Notes under the pieces: model-generated
What the model was told of the DNA's origin: nothing
Database searches by the model: none
What the model saw: the letters and a program-made list of their open reading frames with translations, nothing else
Part shown: piece by piece, positions 1 through 10,093 of the stretch
Position numbering within the stretch: the first letter of the stretch is position 1
Layout: every line of letters begins with the position of its first letter
Translations under genes and position numbers: made by a program
Assembly (NCBI GenBank): GCA_038040485.1
Contig: JBBPIE010000021.1
Coordinates: forward strand, 35,950 to 99,949
Direction: 5' to 3'
Length of the DNA: 64,000 nt
Source of the DNA: Candidatus Onstottus arcticum
GTDB lineage: Bacteria; Acidobacteriota; Blastocatellia; UBA7656

Positions 1-1405
1 CGTGACCTTCGCGGTCTACCGCTTTAACCCCGAATACAAGCTGATCGATCGAAGTGTTCTTTAGTGTGAACTCCTGCACGTTGCCGGCCCAGATTTCACG
101 TTCCCAATCCGGCGCCGTCGTCGATCGCATCACGATGACAAAGCCCGCGAGATCGGGCTCGGGGTTGGGTTGCTCCCATCGCAGTACCGCGTCGTAGCCG
201 TCTCCTCGGCTCAACCCGGGGCCGGTCGGCCGACGGCGCTGGGCTGGAACTTCGTCCTCGCCCGGTGTTGAAAGTGCAGCCGGAACGGCCGGCTGCGTGC
301 CCGCAGCCCCGCTGCTAGCCGGTGGCGCGGGGCGGGAAACGATCGGAGAACGCGGCGCAAGCGCCATCGCCGCTGCGGCCGCTATGTTGACCCGCGTCAC
401 CTTTGCTGTGTAGGCAGGCGAGGTGTTGGCAAAAGTATCAGTCGTCGTGTGCTGATTGGCGAAGTTCTCATTCGGCGTTGTCACGCGCACCGCAGCGTAG
501 CCCTCCTGGTTGAAAGATGTGTGATCGCCGCCGCGGCCGAAGCGGTCGTAGCGAAAGATCATGTCAACCGTCATCTCAGGGAAGTAACGCTCGCCGATCT
601 TCTTCACAAAGCGCGCGATTTGTCTCGACGACGAATCGTTTGGTTCTTCCGAATAGACGAGCACGCGGCGATTGTCGATTACACCGTTGCCGCTGACCTC
701 GCTGCCGATGATGTCATTGTTTAAGACCGCCTGAATGGTTTGAGACTTTTCCTTGAGCAGTTTTGCCATCGCTCGTGACCCGACCAGACCGTGCTCTTCG
801 CCGGCGAAGGCTACGAAGACCAGAGTCGCGTCGAACTGGTACTGGCTGAGCACTCGCGCGCATTCCATCGCGCAAGCCGTCCCGCTTCCATCGTCGGTCA
901 CTCCCGGCGCGCTGAGTTCGGCTGCCTTCGCCGGATCGTTCCGAAGCTCAGCCGGCACTCGCAAGTTCAACGAGTCATAGTGGCCGGTGATCATAATCCA
1001 GCGGTCGGCGGCTTGCGGCATTTTGCCCGGCAACACAGCGACGACGTTTCGCAACTCGACGTCTTTGTAGACACGCCGGTCTTTCGGAATCATGTGTGTA
1101 TCGAAGCTGACTTGCAGACGCGGGCTGTAGCTCTTGAATTGATCGAAGATCCATTGCCGCGCGACGCCGATCCCGCGATTCGGCTGCGCAGGATCGGAGA
1201 GCGTGTTGCGCGTCTCGAAGCTCTCGAGTTTCTTCAATATCTCGATGATTCGATCAACCGAGACTTCTGAGACGATCTTTTGAATCTTCGGGTCGAGGCG
1301 CTGAGAAGGCATCGGCTGCGCTCCGTCTTGCCCGACAACGCCCCCCGCCATTAGAAGAACCAACGAGATCATTGTCGCGCCCAAGAATAACCGCTTCAGT
1401 ATCAT
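1..1405 (-). CDS. M28 family metallopeptidase (aminopeptidase-like), secreted; partial, C-terminus beyond window start
   Basis: Minus-strand translation begins MILKRLFLGATMISLVLLMAGG (signal peptide) after an AGGAGGG RBS (RC of 1408-1414). Later residues include GVTDDGSG, FVAFAGEEHGLVGS and NNDIIG, typical M28 Zn-binding motifs. Missing from the ORF track because it runs off the window edge. Confidence 0.75.
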   Translation of the reverse strand, partial: MILKRLFLGATMISLVLLMAGGVVGQDGAQPMPSQRLDPKIQKIVSEVSVDRIIEILKKLESFETRNTLSDPAQPNRGIGVARQWIFDQFKSYSPRLQVSFDTHMIPKDRRVYKDVELRNVVAVLPGKMPQAADRWIMITGHYDSLNLRVPAELRNDPAKAAELSAPGVTDDGSGTACAMECARVLSQYQFDATLVFVAFAGEEHGLVGSRAMAKLLKEKSQTIQAVLNNDIIGSEVSGNGVIDNRRVLVYSEEPNDSSSRQIARFVKKIGERYFPEMTVDMIFRYDRFGRGGDHTSFNQEGYAAVRVTTPNENFANQHTTTDTFANTSPAYTAKVTRVNIAAAAAMALAPRSPIVSRPAPPASSGAAGTQPAVPAALSTPGEDEVPAQRRRPTGPGLSRGDGYDAVLRWEQPNPEPDLAGFVIVMRSTTAPDWEREIWAGNVQEFTLKNTSIDQLVFGVKAVDREGH

Positions 1406-1421
1406 TGACCCTCCTGTTTTA

Positions 1422-1528
1422 TCTGCGCAAACCTCTGCGTATCTGTGTCTCTGTGGTTAGATAGCATTGAAACCTGCTAACCACAGAGACACAGAGACGC
1501 AGAGGCGGACGCAGAGAAGACTAGAATC
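1422..1528. repeat. REP/MITE-like palindromic element, family A (CTCTGCG...TCTCTGTGGTTAGA...TCTAACCACAGAGAC...CGCAGAGAAG)
   Basis: Long imperfect inverted repeat read directly. Same family as the elements at 7195-7295, 11993-12120, 24741-24872 and a half copy at 32947-33010. All are intergenic. Confidence 0.8.
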
Positions 1529-3067
1529 CTAAGAACCTTTACGAATCGCCGCTCCAGGCAAGCGGCCGCTTGTTTTGCCGTTCGCCCACACTACCTCGCC
1601 GTTTACGAACACGCGAGAGACGCCTTCGGAAATCAGTTCGGGCTCTTTGAACGTTGACCGATCAATGATGCGTTGTGGATCAAATATCACCAGATCGGCT
1701 TTCATCCCTTCACGAATCATCCCGCGATCCTTGAGCCCCAACCTCGCCGCGGGCATCGAAGTCATCTTGCGCACCGCTTCTTCGAGCGAAAACCAGTGCT
1801 GCTCTCTCGCGAACCTTCCTAACACTTTTGTGAAAGAGCCCGCGCCGCGAGGGTGACGCGAGCCGACTCCACCATCGCTCGCGACCATGACCCACGGCTG
1901 TTGATAGAAGGTTTTGATGTCGGCTTCGGTCATCGAGCGGCAGACGATGCTCGCGCCCTTGTCCCTCACGATAAGCATATAAGCCTCGACCGGTGTGATC
2001 CCTTTCTCTCTTGCCACCTCTTCAAGCGTCTTGCCTTCGAAGTCGCGGTGTGCGGCGCAACTGGCGATCAAAATATTCGCTGCGCCGCCAACGTCGTCCA
2101 ACCCTTGCTTGACCGCTACCGGATCGTCGTGACGCCGGCTTGGAATCAGAACCGTGATCGTCGAATGCCACGCGTCGTAAGGGTAGCAGTCGGCCGTCAC
2201 GTCTATGCCGGCGTGTCGAGCTTCGTCGATCATCGCCACAGCTTTTCCGGCCTGGCCCCACACGCTGACCGTCCCAACTTTGATATGCGAGATCTGAACG
2301 GGAATGCGCGCCTCGCGACCGATACGAATAGCCTCCTCGAAAGCTTTCATCACCTCGTCAGCTTCGTCGCGAACGTGACTCATGTAGATGCCGCCGTGTC
2401 TGGCAGCTACTTTCGCCAACTCGATCACTTCTTCGGTCGTGCTCTTCAAGCCGACGTCGTACTCCAATCCAGTTGAAAGCCCGGCCGCGCCTTCGTTCAT
2501 TCCCTGCTCGACGAGCTTTGCCATCTCGGCGATCTCTTTCTGAGTAGCCGCGCGATTCCAGTCATTGCCCATCACACGCTCGCGCACGGTCGCGTGTCCA
2601 ACGAACGCGAGCACGTTCACGGCAACTCGTTGCTGCGTGAGCTTGGTGAAATAACCAGCGAGCGGCCACGGCGACTGTCCATCGGCGCCTACTGCAAGCG
2701 TGGTGATGCCTTGCGAGACCTGAGTCGCGGCCGTTGGTTCGCGGAACAACCCTTCAGTCGAGTGATTGTGAATATCGATAAACCCTGGAGCGAGGACCAT
2801 CCCGGAAGCGTCGATCACTTCCTCACCGCGTTTCGGCTTGAAGCGGCCGATCCTGGCGATTCGATCGCCTTCAATTCGCACGCTTGCTCGAAATCCCGGC
2901 CGCCCGGTTCCGTCTATGATCGTGGCGCCGACGATTACAACTGATTTCGATTGAGCGCCGGCAGCTTGGCGACAATCGGCCGGATACAACAACGCGCACA
3001 GGAATGCGGCAATGACCGACAATGTTTTTGCGAGACAAACGGCGGTTGGGTTCACGCGATGGCTCAT
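1529..3067 (-). CDS. N-acyl-D-amino-acid deacylase (D-aminoacylase) family amidohydrolase, secreted
   Basis: 512 aa. N-terminal hydrophobic signal, GFIDIHNHS metal-binding motif and an MVASDGG region typical of D-aminoacylase-type amidohydrolases. Confidence 0.8.
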   Translation of the reverse strand: MSHRVNPTAVCLAKTLSVIAAFLCALLYPADCRQAAGAQSKSVVIVGATIIDGTGRPGFRASVRIEGDRIARIGRFKPKRGEEVIDASGMVLAPGFIDIHNHSTEGLFREPTAATQVSQGITTLAVGADGQSPWPLAGYFTKLTQQRVAVNVLAFVGHATVRERVMGNDWNRAATQKEIAEMAKLVEQGMNEGAAGLSTGLEYDVGLKSTTEEVIELAKVAARHGGIYMSHVRDEADEVMKAFEEAIRIGREARIPVQISHIKVGTVSVWGQAGKAVAMIDEARHAGIDVTADCYPYDAWHSTITVLIPSRRHDDPVAVKQGLDDVGGAANILIASCAAHRDFEGKTLEEVAREKGITPVEAYMLIVRDKGASIVCRSMTEADIKTFYQQPWVMVASDGGVGSRHPRGAGSFTKVLGRFAREQHWFSLEEAVRKMTSMPAARLGLKDRGMIREGMKADLVIFDPQRIIDRSTFKEPELISEGVSRVFVNGEVVWANGKTSGRLPGAAIRKGS

Positions 3068-3828
3068 TTCTTCAAGAACCGTTCCACGCCGCGCTTGCAG
3101 TCTTCGGTCATCCGCGTGATCGCATTCAACTGAACGCCTGCTTCCAGCGCGGCTTCAAAGCTCATCGCGTCCATGTGGTAAAGCAGATTCTTGGCCAGGC
3201 TCACAGCAGAAGCAGACTTGGCCGCAAATTCGTTCACATAAGCCGCGACCTGGGCGTCGAAATCGTCGTCGGTGAACACTCGATTAACCAGTCCGATCTC
3301 GAGGGCAGCGCGAGCGCCGATCACTTCGCCGCGCGTGATCAGCTCGAAGGCGCGTTTCTCGGAGAGGTTGCGCCTTAAGATGACCATCACCATAGCCGGG
3401 ATAAAACCGATGTTCACTTCCGGGTAGCCGAACTGCGCCGACTCGGAAGCGAGCACGATGTCGCAGGCGGTCGCGACTCCGCATCCGCCCGCAAGCGCAC
3501 GCCCGCGAACCGCCGCGATGATTGGCCGCGGATGTCGCCGCATCGCTATGAACATCTCCGCGAAGTTGCGCGCGTCGGCGACGTTCTCAGTCACCGAGGC
3601 TTCGCTGATCTTGCGAAGCGCCGCTAGGTCCGCACCGGAGGAGAAGTCCTTCCCCGCGCCGCTCACCACGACGACTCGCACACTTGCGTCGCGCGCGGCT
3701 TGATCAAGCGCGTCCTTCATCTCGTTTATGATTTCGCCATCGAGGGCGTTCCGCTTGTCCGGGCGGTTGAGCGTTATCCGCGCGACCGCCTGTTCAACTG
3801 AATAGAGTATCTTTTGATAATCAGGCAT
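3064..3828 (-). CDS. enoyl-CoA hydratase/isomerase (crotonase family)
   Basis: 254 aa. ITLNRPDKRNALD and the AAVRGRALAGGCGVATACDI oxyanion-hole region are classic crotonase. 4-bp overlap with the upstream gene. Confidence 0.85.
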   Translation of the reverse strand: MPDYQKILYSVEQAVARITLNRPDKRNALDGEIINEMKDALDQAARDASVRVVVVSGAGKDFSSGADLAALRKISEASVTENVADARNFAEMFIAMRRHPRPIIAAVRGRALAGGCGVATACDIVLASESAQFGYPEVNIGFIPAMVMVILRRNLSEKRAFELITRGEVIGARAALEIGLVNRVFTDDDFDAQVAAYVNEFAAKSASAVSLAKNLLYHMDAMSFEAALEAGVQLNAITRMTEDCKRGVERFLKK

Positions 3829-3950
3829 GACCGCGGGCAGCTTAACAAACGCTTGCTTTGGCTTTCAAGACGGAGGTCGCGAATGATTCTGTTCAAGTCG
3901 CTTGCACGCATCACATCGCGTTCGATACAGTCGGGGCGATCGAGCAAACC

Positions 3951-4592
3951 ATGAACGCGCATCCTAAATCTATCAACACCCTTCTCTTCGATTGGGACGG
4001 AACGCTGTTCGACTCGGCAGCCACTGGGCTCGCCGCATTTCAGCGGACGTTCGACGACCTTGGCGTGTCATTCACTCACGACTTCTACAGCGAGAACTAT
4101 TCACCTAATTGGTACTTGATGTACGAAGCACTGAAGCTGCCACGCGAAGAATGGAACCGCGCCGACGAGCTGTGGATCGAGCATTACGGCGAGCAACCCG
4201 CGCGAATGGTCGAAGGCGCTTATGAGACGATCATCGAGCTCGATCGCCGAGGCTATCGGCTCGGCGTCGTTACCAGCGGCACGCAAAGGCGAGTGACTCG
4301 GGAGATCAACGAACTGGGGCTTGCTACTATTTTCCAGGCGGTGATCTGCAACGAAAACATCGTGAACAAGAAACCGCATCCTGAAGGCTTGGAGAAAGCG
4401 ATGTTCGGTTTGAAGGCCTCGCCAGAGGCGTGCGGCTACGTGGGCGACGCGCCTGAAGACATTCAGATGGGCAAGAACGCGGGAGTACTGACGGTCGCGG
4501 TTCCGAGCGCCTATCCGACAAGGAAGCACCTGCGTGCCGCCGAACCCGATCTTCACATCGAATCAATCACCGAGCTGCTGTTGCACTTCTGA
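3951..4592 (+). CDS. HAD-IA family hydrolase (phosphoglycolate phosphatase-like)
   Basis: LLFDWDGTLFDS (DxDGT motif I) lies right after Met at 3951. The ORF-track start at 3858 adds an atypical 31-aa extension. VGD motif near the C-terminus. Confidence 0.75.
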   Translation: MNAHPKSINTLLFDWDGTLFDSAATGLAAFQRTFDDLGVSFTHDFYSENYSPNWYLMYEALKLPREEWNRADELWIEHYGEQPARMVEGAYETIIELDRRGYRLGVVTSGTQRRVTREINELGLATIFQAVICNENIVNKKPHPEGLEKAMFGLKASPEACGYVGDAPEDIQMGKNAGVLTVAVPSAYPTRKHLRAAEPDLHIESITELLLHF

Positions 4593-4666
4593 GCCCAGCT
4601 GCCGGCGATGAATCGGCCCCAGTATGTTCGTGAAAAATCGATAGCACGCAAGGTTTCGGGTGCAAT

Positions 4667-4916
4667 CCCACCAACGCAGTTGGTGGATCATTCATACTCA
4701 GCCTACACGGATGACGGGACGGGGTCCCCGAATCCCACCAACGCAGTTGGTGGATCGTTCATATCCGACTGGCATTCATCGCACGGAAAGTGAATTCGAG
4801 CCGAGGGTTAGGCTGAGTATGAAGGAACCACCAACTGCGTTGGTGGGATTCAAAGAGCGCGCTGCGTCCTTCTTTGTAGGCCGAGTATCAACGATCCACC
4901 AACTGCGTTGGTGGGA
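4667..4916. repeat. cluster of four REP-like hairpin repeats (CCACCAAC-GCA-GTTGGTGG), two in each orientation
   Basis: The 19-nt hairpin (8-bp stem) is at 4668-4686 and 4734-4752. The inverted form CCACCAACTGCGTTGGTGG is at 4827-4845 and 4896-4914. Flanking bases also match, e.g. atcattcatactcagcc against its RC ggctgagtatgaa. Lies in a convergent intergenic region. Confidence 0.8.
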
Positions 4917-5045
4917 TTTTTCTCCATTCGCCTGCGAATACATTCATGGCTTTCTAGGCAGCCCCGCTAAACGCTTCACCCGAAGGCATAAAGAACACTA
5001 AGCGACAATGCCGGTTCTTCGTGGCCTTCGTGTCTTTGTGTTTAG

Positions 5046-5375
5046 TTACAGAACATTGTCGGGCACTTCGATCTCCATCCTCAGGAGAGCTGTACTGTAG
5101 GTCTTGCCTTGCGCATCCGTCTTGAGCGAAATGGTTCCGCCGCCGTCCAGACTCTCGTGCAGCAGGAAGTTCAGGGCTCCGAGATTCGGCAACTCGAAGC
5201 GTTCGACCTTACCGTTGCAGATTCCCCGGAAGTGTTCCTTGACGCGCGCAGCCGTCACTTGCTCGACCAGGATCGGATAGTACTCTGGCTTGAGCGCTAT
5301 CAGCCCAACGTTAGCCATGTCGCCCTTGTCACCCGAGCGCGCGTGCGCAAGCTTCAATAGTTTCACCTTTGCCAT
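5046..5375 (-). CDS. DUF4387-like protein (small C-terminal partner of AtuA-family proteins)
   Basis: 109 aa, sitting directly downstream of a DUF1446/AtuA-like gene. The pair corresponds to the N- and C-terminal halves of AtuA-family proteins. Family assignment is by recall. Confidence 0.5.
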   Translation of the reverse strand: MAKVKLLKLAHARSGDKGDMANVGLIALKPEYYPILVEQVTAARVKEHFRGICNGKVERFELPNLGALNFLLHESLDGGGTISLKTDAQGKTYSTALLRMEIEVPDNVL

Positions 5376-5378
5376 CTT

Positions 5379-6749
5379 CTAAGCCTCGACCGCCGAAATC
5401 ACCGGCGTCACTTCGCTCTTGGGCATCAACGCCGGCCAATACGCGATTATCTCTTCGACCTTCGGACGCCCGCCGCCAAATCCGGTTACCGTTGGCGGGC
5501 CGTTCAACACCAGCGGAGCGATCTCGCGAGTGAATCGCTCAACTGCATTCTTGTCGTCGGCGCGCACGCCGATTCGCCACTGAACTTCGGCGATGTCAGG
5601 TGACGGATCGCCCGAGAGCGGTCCGTGACATGAGTTCGCGCCCACGAACTCCGTCACGATGTGATCGAACTTCAAACCGAGCCGATCGAGTCGCTCTCGA
5701 GTGATTCGATCAGCCGCCTGTGCTTTCTTCATCGCGTCAGGCCACCCGTAGACCAGCGAGCCTGCGGCTTTCCAGCCGGCTGAGTAACTGACCGAAACTT
5801 TGTACAGGTCAGTCGCGGGCCTACCCTTGATTCCAGAAAACCTCACGCGGTCAGCCCCCACCTGCTCGAGCTGAATAGTCGTGAAGTCGGCGACGCAATC
5901 CGGAGTGATGTACTCGCGCGGGTCGCCCATTTCATAGAGCAGTTGTTCCTTGACCGAGGCGACGTTGATCCGGCCGCCCGTGCCCTCGTGTTTGGTTATC
6001 ACGAAAGTCCCGTCCGGTTGAGCTTCAATGATCGGATAACCGATGTCGGCCGCGTTCGGGATCGTCTCCCAGTCAACCAGACAGTTGCCGCCGGTGCACT
6101 GGGCGCCGCACTCAACCGTGTGACCCGCGATTGTGCCCGCCGCAAGCTTGTCCCAATCGTCGGCGGCCCAACCGAACTCGTAAATCGCAGGCCCAAGTGC
6201 GAGCCCTGTATCGGTGACTCGGCCGGCGATAACAATCTGCGCTCCTGCAGCCAGACAATCGGCCACTGCTCGGCCGCCAAAATAGACATTCGCGCTCTGG
6301 ACTCGCGACCGAACAGCAGCGAGCGACTCGCCGGTTTCCATGTTGTTCAGCTCAACACCGCGGCTGAGGTAGTCGTCGAGCCTATCCATTATGTCGTCGC
6401 CGGCAACGATGCCGATCTTTATCTTGCCTGCGAGCCCCGCGCGCCTTGCCACGTCGATGACGCCGTCACGGCAGGCTTCGGGGTTTACGCCTCCGGCGTT
6501 TGCTACGACTTTGATGTTTTGCTCGACCAGGTCCGGCAGCACTTCTTCAATCATCGAAACGAAGTCGCGCGCATAGCCCGACCGCGGGTCTCGCGCGCGT
6601 TGCTTCTGCATGATCGACATCGTTATCTCGGCCAGGTAGTCGAGGGTTAAGTAGTCGATCGGCCCGCGCCGGACCTGTTCGATCGGCGCCTGGAGCGAAT
6701 CACCCCAGAAGCCCTGCCCGTTTGCGATTCGGATTCTTTCCATGTTCAT
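5379..6749 (-). CDS. AtuA-like (DUF1446) acyclic terpene utilisation family protein
   Basis: About 455 aa. Start probably [18 protein letters not shown] at 6749 or 6743; the ORF track extends to 6791. The conserved N-terminal ANGQGFWGD block is characteristic of DUF1446. Confidence 0.55.
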   Translation of the reverse strand: MNMERIRIANGQGFWGDSLQAPIEQVRRGPIDYLTLDYLAEITMSIMQKQRARDPRSGYARDFVSMIEEVLPDLVEQNIKVVANAGGVNPEACRDGVIDVARRAGLAGKIKIGIVAGDDIMDRLDDYLSRGVELNNMETGESLAAVRSRVQSANVYFGGRAVADCLAAGAQIVIAGRVTDTGLALGPAIYEFGWAADDWDKLAAGTIAGHTVECGAQCTGGNCLVDWETIPNAADIGYPIIEAQPDGTFVITKHEGTGGRINVASVKEQLLYEMGDPREYITPDCVADFTTIQLEQVGADRVRFSGIKGRPATDLYKVSVSYSAGWKAAGSLVYGWPDAMKKAQAADRITRERLDRLGLKFDHIVTEFVGANSCHGPLSGDPSPDIAEVQWRIGVRADDKNAVERFTREIAPLVLNGPPTVTGFGGGRPKVEEIIAYWPALMPKSEVTPVISAVEA

Positions 6750-6841
6750 TCCGAATAGAACACTGATGACGCGGATTAGACGGATTGGCACGGATCAGAT
6801 CCGCGGAAACCTGTCGAATCCGTGTCATCCGTGGTCCATTC

Positions 6842-7087
6842 CTAAGGTTTTGGCGCCGGCGGCGGAAGATCTCGCGCTTGAACTTCAGATTGAAACCCGA
6901 TGCGCCCGTGCGTACCGTCACAGAACGGTTTGTTCTCCGAATGCCCGCACCGGCACAGCGAGATCACGGTTCGCCCCGCAAGCCCGAAGCTGTTTCCGGC
7001 AGCGTCTTGGATGGAAATGTTCTCCCCGATCACACGATAAGGGCCGTTGTTGATAACTACTATTTTCTGATCGTTCTCGTCGCTCAT
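6842..7087 (-). CDS. CDGSH-type iron-sulfur domain protein
   Basis: 81 aa containing CRCGHSENKPFCDGTH, the CDGSH 2Fe-2S-binding signature. Confidence 0.8.
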   Translation of the reverse strand: MSDENDQKIVVINNGPYRVIGENISIQDAAGNSFGLAGRTVISLCRCGHSENKPFCDGTHGRIGFQSEVQARDLPPPAPKP

Positions 7088-7194
7088 CTATCTTCTCCTG
7101 TTGGCAAGTTTCATTGAACCTCGATCGCCGATTGTAGCTCACCCGCTTGTTTAAGAGAAGCTCAGCGCCGGACGGATAGTGTCTCGATTCGAAT

Positions 7195-7295
7195 ATTTTC
7201 TCTGCGCAATCTCTGCGCCTCCGCGTCTCTGTGGTTAGATGACGTTGAAACACGGCTAACCGCAGAGGCGCAGACGTTGAAACCAACGCAGAGAA
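7195..7295. repeat. REP/MITE-like palindromic element, family A
   Basis: Core gtctctgtggttagatgacgttgaaacacggctaaccgcagaggcgcag, flanked by ctctgcgc and cgcagag. Confidence 0.75.
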
Positions 7296-7408
7296 TTCGA
7301 AATCAAGTCATCACCTCAACACCGCCCAAGTTGAATAACGCGAGCACGGCGATTAGTATGTGCGCGCCCTAGCAGGAACGCGCCGAGAACTCGACCCTGG
7401 ATCGCTGA

Positions 7409-8710
7409 ATGGACGAAAAGACATCCGAAGGACTGGTAAGAGGAATCCGCCGATGGGACCTGGCGGCGATGGCGATCAACGGCATCATCGGCGCCGGCAT
7501 TTTCGGCTTGCCGTCCGAAGTGTTCAGCCGCATTGGGGTCTACTCGCTGTTTGCTTTCGCCGCGTGCGCGGTTGTGGTCATCGTGATTATTCTGTGTTTT
7601 GCCGAAGTGGGCAGCCGCTTCAGCGAAACCGGCGGGCCTTACCTTTACGCGCGCGAGGCGTTCGGCTCAGTCGTCGGGTTCGAAGTCGGATGGCTGATCT
7701 GGGTGGCACGGGTGACCGCATTCGCGGCGAACTGCAACCTGCTGGTCAGCTACGCGAGCTTCTTCTGGCCGGCGGCGAGCGCGAACCCGTGGCGGCCGAT
7801 TATCATCACGCTGGTCGTCGTCACGATTTCGCTAGTGAACATACTGGGCGTTCGCGATGCGGCCATCGTCGGAGACTTCTTCACCGTCGGCAAGCTGATT
7901 CCTCTGGTGCTCTTTATAGCCGTCGGCCTTTTTTTCCTTCAGCCTGAGCGCTACACGCTCGGGCCGGCGCCCGGCTACGAAGCGTTCTCGTCATCGTGTC
8001 TGCTGCTGATCTACGCGTTCAGCGGATTCGAGATGGCGATCATCCCGGCCGGCGAGGCTCGCGACCCGCGGCGCAACCTCCCATTCGCGCTGCTCACCGC
8101 GGTGGGAGTCGTTGCGGTTCTTTACATGCTGATCCAGGTAGTGTGCATCGGCACGCTTGCAGACGTGGCTGCGTCGAAGCGCCCTCTCGCCGACGCGGCG
8201 ACTGGGTTCCTCGGCCCGGCGGGCGGCGCAATTATTTCGGCGGGCGCGCTTGTTTCGATTCTTGGCAACTTGAACGTGATCCTGCTTGCGGGATCGCGGT
8301 TGCCGTTTGCGATGGCCGAACGAACCGAGCTTCCGAAGTTCATCGGCTCGGTGCACCGGCGGTTTCGAACGCCTCACGTTTCGATTGTGATCACGGGCGC
8401 CGTGGTGCTCGCGCTTACGCTGTCGGGCTCATTCGTGTACGCCGCGACCATAAGCGCAATTGCAAGGCTGCTGACTTACGCCGCAACCTGCGCGGCGTTA
8501 CCAGTGCTGCGGCGAAGAGAGCGCGAACTGCCCGCGTTGTTCCACGCGCCCGCTGGAGTCGTGCTTGCGATAGTTGCGCTGATCTTGTGCGCGTGGCTTC
8601 TTTCTAACAGCACAGCCGGCCAGCTCCGCGACTCGGCGATAGCCGGAGCGATCGGGTTGCTGGTGTACTTGCTCTACAGGTTTCTTGGGAAGTCGAACTC
8701 TCCCGCGTAG
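7409..8710 (+). CDS. APC superfamily amino acid permease
   Basis: 433 aa polytopic protein. N-terminus WDLAAMAINGIIGAGIFGLPSEV is typical of APC transporters. Confidence 0.8.
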   Translation: MDEKTSEGLVRGIRRWDLAAMAINGIIGAGIFGLPSEVFSRIGVYSLFAFAACAVVVIVIILCFAEVGSRFSETGGPYLYAREAFGSVVGFEVGWLIWVARVTAFAANCNLLVSYASFFWPAASANPWRPIIITLVVVTISLVNILGVRDAAIVGDFFTVGKLIPLVLFIAVGLFFLQPERYTLGPAPGYEAFSSSCLLLIYAFSGFEMAIIPAGEARDPRRNLPFALLTAVGVVAVLYMLIQVVCIGTLADVAASKRPLADAATGFLGPAGGAIISAGALVSILGNLNVILLAGSRLPFAMAERTELPKFIGSVHRRFRTPHVSIVITGAVVLALTLSGSFVYAATISAIARLLTYAATCAALPVLRRRERELPALFHAPAGVVLAIVALILCAWLLSNSTAGQLRDSAIAGAIGLLVYLLYRFLGKSNSPA

Positions 8711-8879
8711 GTTGCAAACTCTTTCACCAGAGCTAGAAAGTGGTTGCAGGAAGAAGCTGCGGTACAAACCAACTAAAAGCTTGAATGCTCGGGCCGTTCC
8801 GTAAGAGACGACCCACTAGGCGCCGACGAATCGCGATGCATAGACTGGGAATCCGGCGGGCTCAACCCCCCTCGATTTA

Positions 8880-8946
8880 GTCTTTTCACACCGCGCGTTC
8901 TTCAACGGTTGCCGAGATCAAACGCCGTCACTCATACGAATCGTTC
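8880..8946. repeat. degenerate direct duplicate of the 3' end of the ABC ATPase gene at 11250 (left boundary of the low-GC insertion)
   Basis: tcacaccgcgcgttcttcaacggttgccg... at 8885-8945 aligns at roughly 70-75% with tcacaccgcgatttcttcaactgtagccgg... at 11249-11305. The RC of copy 1 still reads ...ATVEERAV* against the gene's ...PATVEEIAV*. Confidence 0.65.
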
Positions 8947-9251
8947 GTGATCGAAGCCTTCGCAGGCGATTGGTTCAGGGTTGCATATCCTACTTTTTTT
9001 CTTGACAACGGAAACTGATTAATATAAGTTTGCACCGCATCGAATGTCCTTCAGTTTGGTTGGTGAGTTCGTTTCGTTCTTTCCTTCTATTAAGTGCTTC
9101 TTACGCGGCAGGCCAAAGCCATGAAACGATTTCCTTTCCGGGTGCGAGGCTACAAGTTGGTGTTCTCCTTCGCTGCTGTTTCTCTCCTGTTTACGTGCCG
9201 GGTCATCAAAGCATTTTGGTTGGTGTCGTTGAACCAAAGGGAGGCTCAATA

Positions 9252-10061
9252 ATGGATTCCACAAGACGCCTGGCTACCAAGCAACGATTGTTTGTTGTAT
9301 GCAGTTCTGTTTTGGGCGCTATTCTTTTGAGCAGCGCCGTAATCTCTTCAACCGCGAGCCGGGGTCAGCGAGAGGTCCGCTTGCCGCTCGTGAAAGACAC
9401 CACCGGATCTTTGAGCCTTATCAGTCAGGAGAGGCTTGACGGGCGGTTTGTGACGCGGATGCAAAACACCTCCAATAAGGCGATAACTGCTTACGGAACC
9501 GCGGTCTGTGACGCCCCGGAGTCGTCGACAGACTACTCCATTGGTGACGATTTGATTGAGCCGGGGGAGGTCGTTGACATAGACACGTCCATTCGGGCTG
9601 TGTCGCACATGTGCGGCTCCAAAATAACGCGGCCAACCTTAACGATTCTGGCTGTTGTTTTTGATGACCGAACCTATGCAGGTGAGTTTCAATGGGCTAA
9701 GGGTATTTTGGACGATAGGCGAGGGCAGAAGATACAACTAAAACGGATCAATCGCTTATTAGCGAACGCGTCGAAGTGGCCGGATGCGAGTCAGTCTGCC
9801 GCGCTTGAGATACTCAAGGGAGAAATCCGTGCGCTGCCCATTGATGAAGCGGAAACTCCAGCCGTCCGAGGTGGTCTTTCCAGCGCAAAACAGAGGGCAT
9901 TGTATCTGCTTGATGAGCTTAAGCTGTGGCATCAGGGCAGCCTGACTGCTCAATCGCGTCGCAACATCCCTATTCAAGGGGAGTTGGCTGGAATTGACAG
10001 TCTTCCAGAAGGTATAGAAAAGCTCATAACACTCAATAAGAAGTGGATTTCCAGATATTAA
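9252..10061 (+). CDS. hypothetical secreted/membrane-anchored protein (low-GC islet)
   Basis: Start MDSTRRLATKQRLFVVCSSVLGAILLSSAVISS is preceded by an AAAGGGAGG RBS. The ORF-track start at 9030 is probably an upstream extension. No recognisable domain. Confidence 0.5.
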   Translation: MDSTRRLATKQRLFVVCSSVLGAILLSSAVISSTASRGQREVRLPLVKDTTGSLSLISQERLDGRFVTRMQNTSNKAITAYGTAVCDAPESSTDYSIGDDLIEPGEVVDIDTSIRAVSHMCGSKITRPTLTILAVVFDDRTYAGEFQWAKGILDDRRGQKIQLKRINRLLANASKWPDASQSAALEILKGEIRALPIDEAETPAVRGGLSSAKQRALYLLDELKLWHQGSLTAQSRRNIPIQGELAGIDSLPEGIEKLITLNKKWISRY

Positions 10062-10093
10062 TCGCATGAGTTCCTTCCTAAGGAGATTGACGG

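Noticed and set aside
449-1270. Three plus-strand ORFs (91, 75, 159 aa)
   Set aside because: They lie antisense within the well-supported minus-strand M28 peptidase gene. No RBS and non-protein-like composition.
1853-2944. Plus-strand ORFs (207 aa, 116 aa) inside the D-aminoacylase gene
   Set aside because: Antisense frames of a high-GC gene. Typical spurious long ORFs.
4667-4916. Possible CRISPR array
   Set aside because: Repeats are only 19 nt and occur in both orientations. The 'spacers' are partly reverse-complementary to each other. No cas genes. Interpreted as a REP-like hairpin array.
5943-6650. 235-aa plus-strand ORF
   Set aside because: Antisense to the AtuA-like gene.
7360-7947. 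195-aa ORF overlapping the permease start
   Set aside because: Alternative frame of the APC permease. Arg-rich junk translation.
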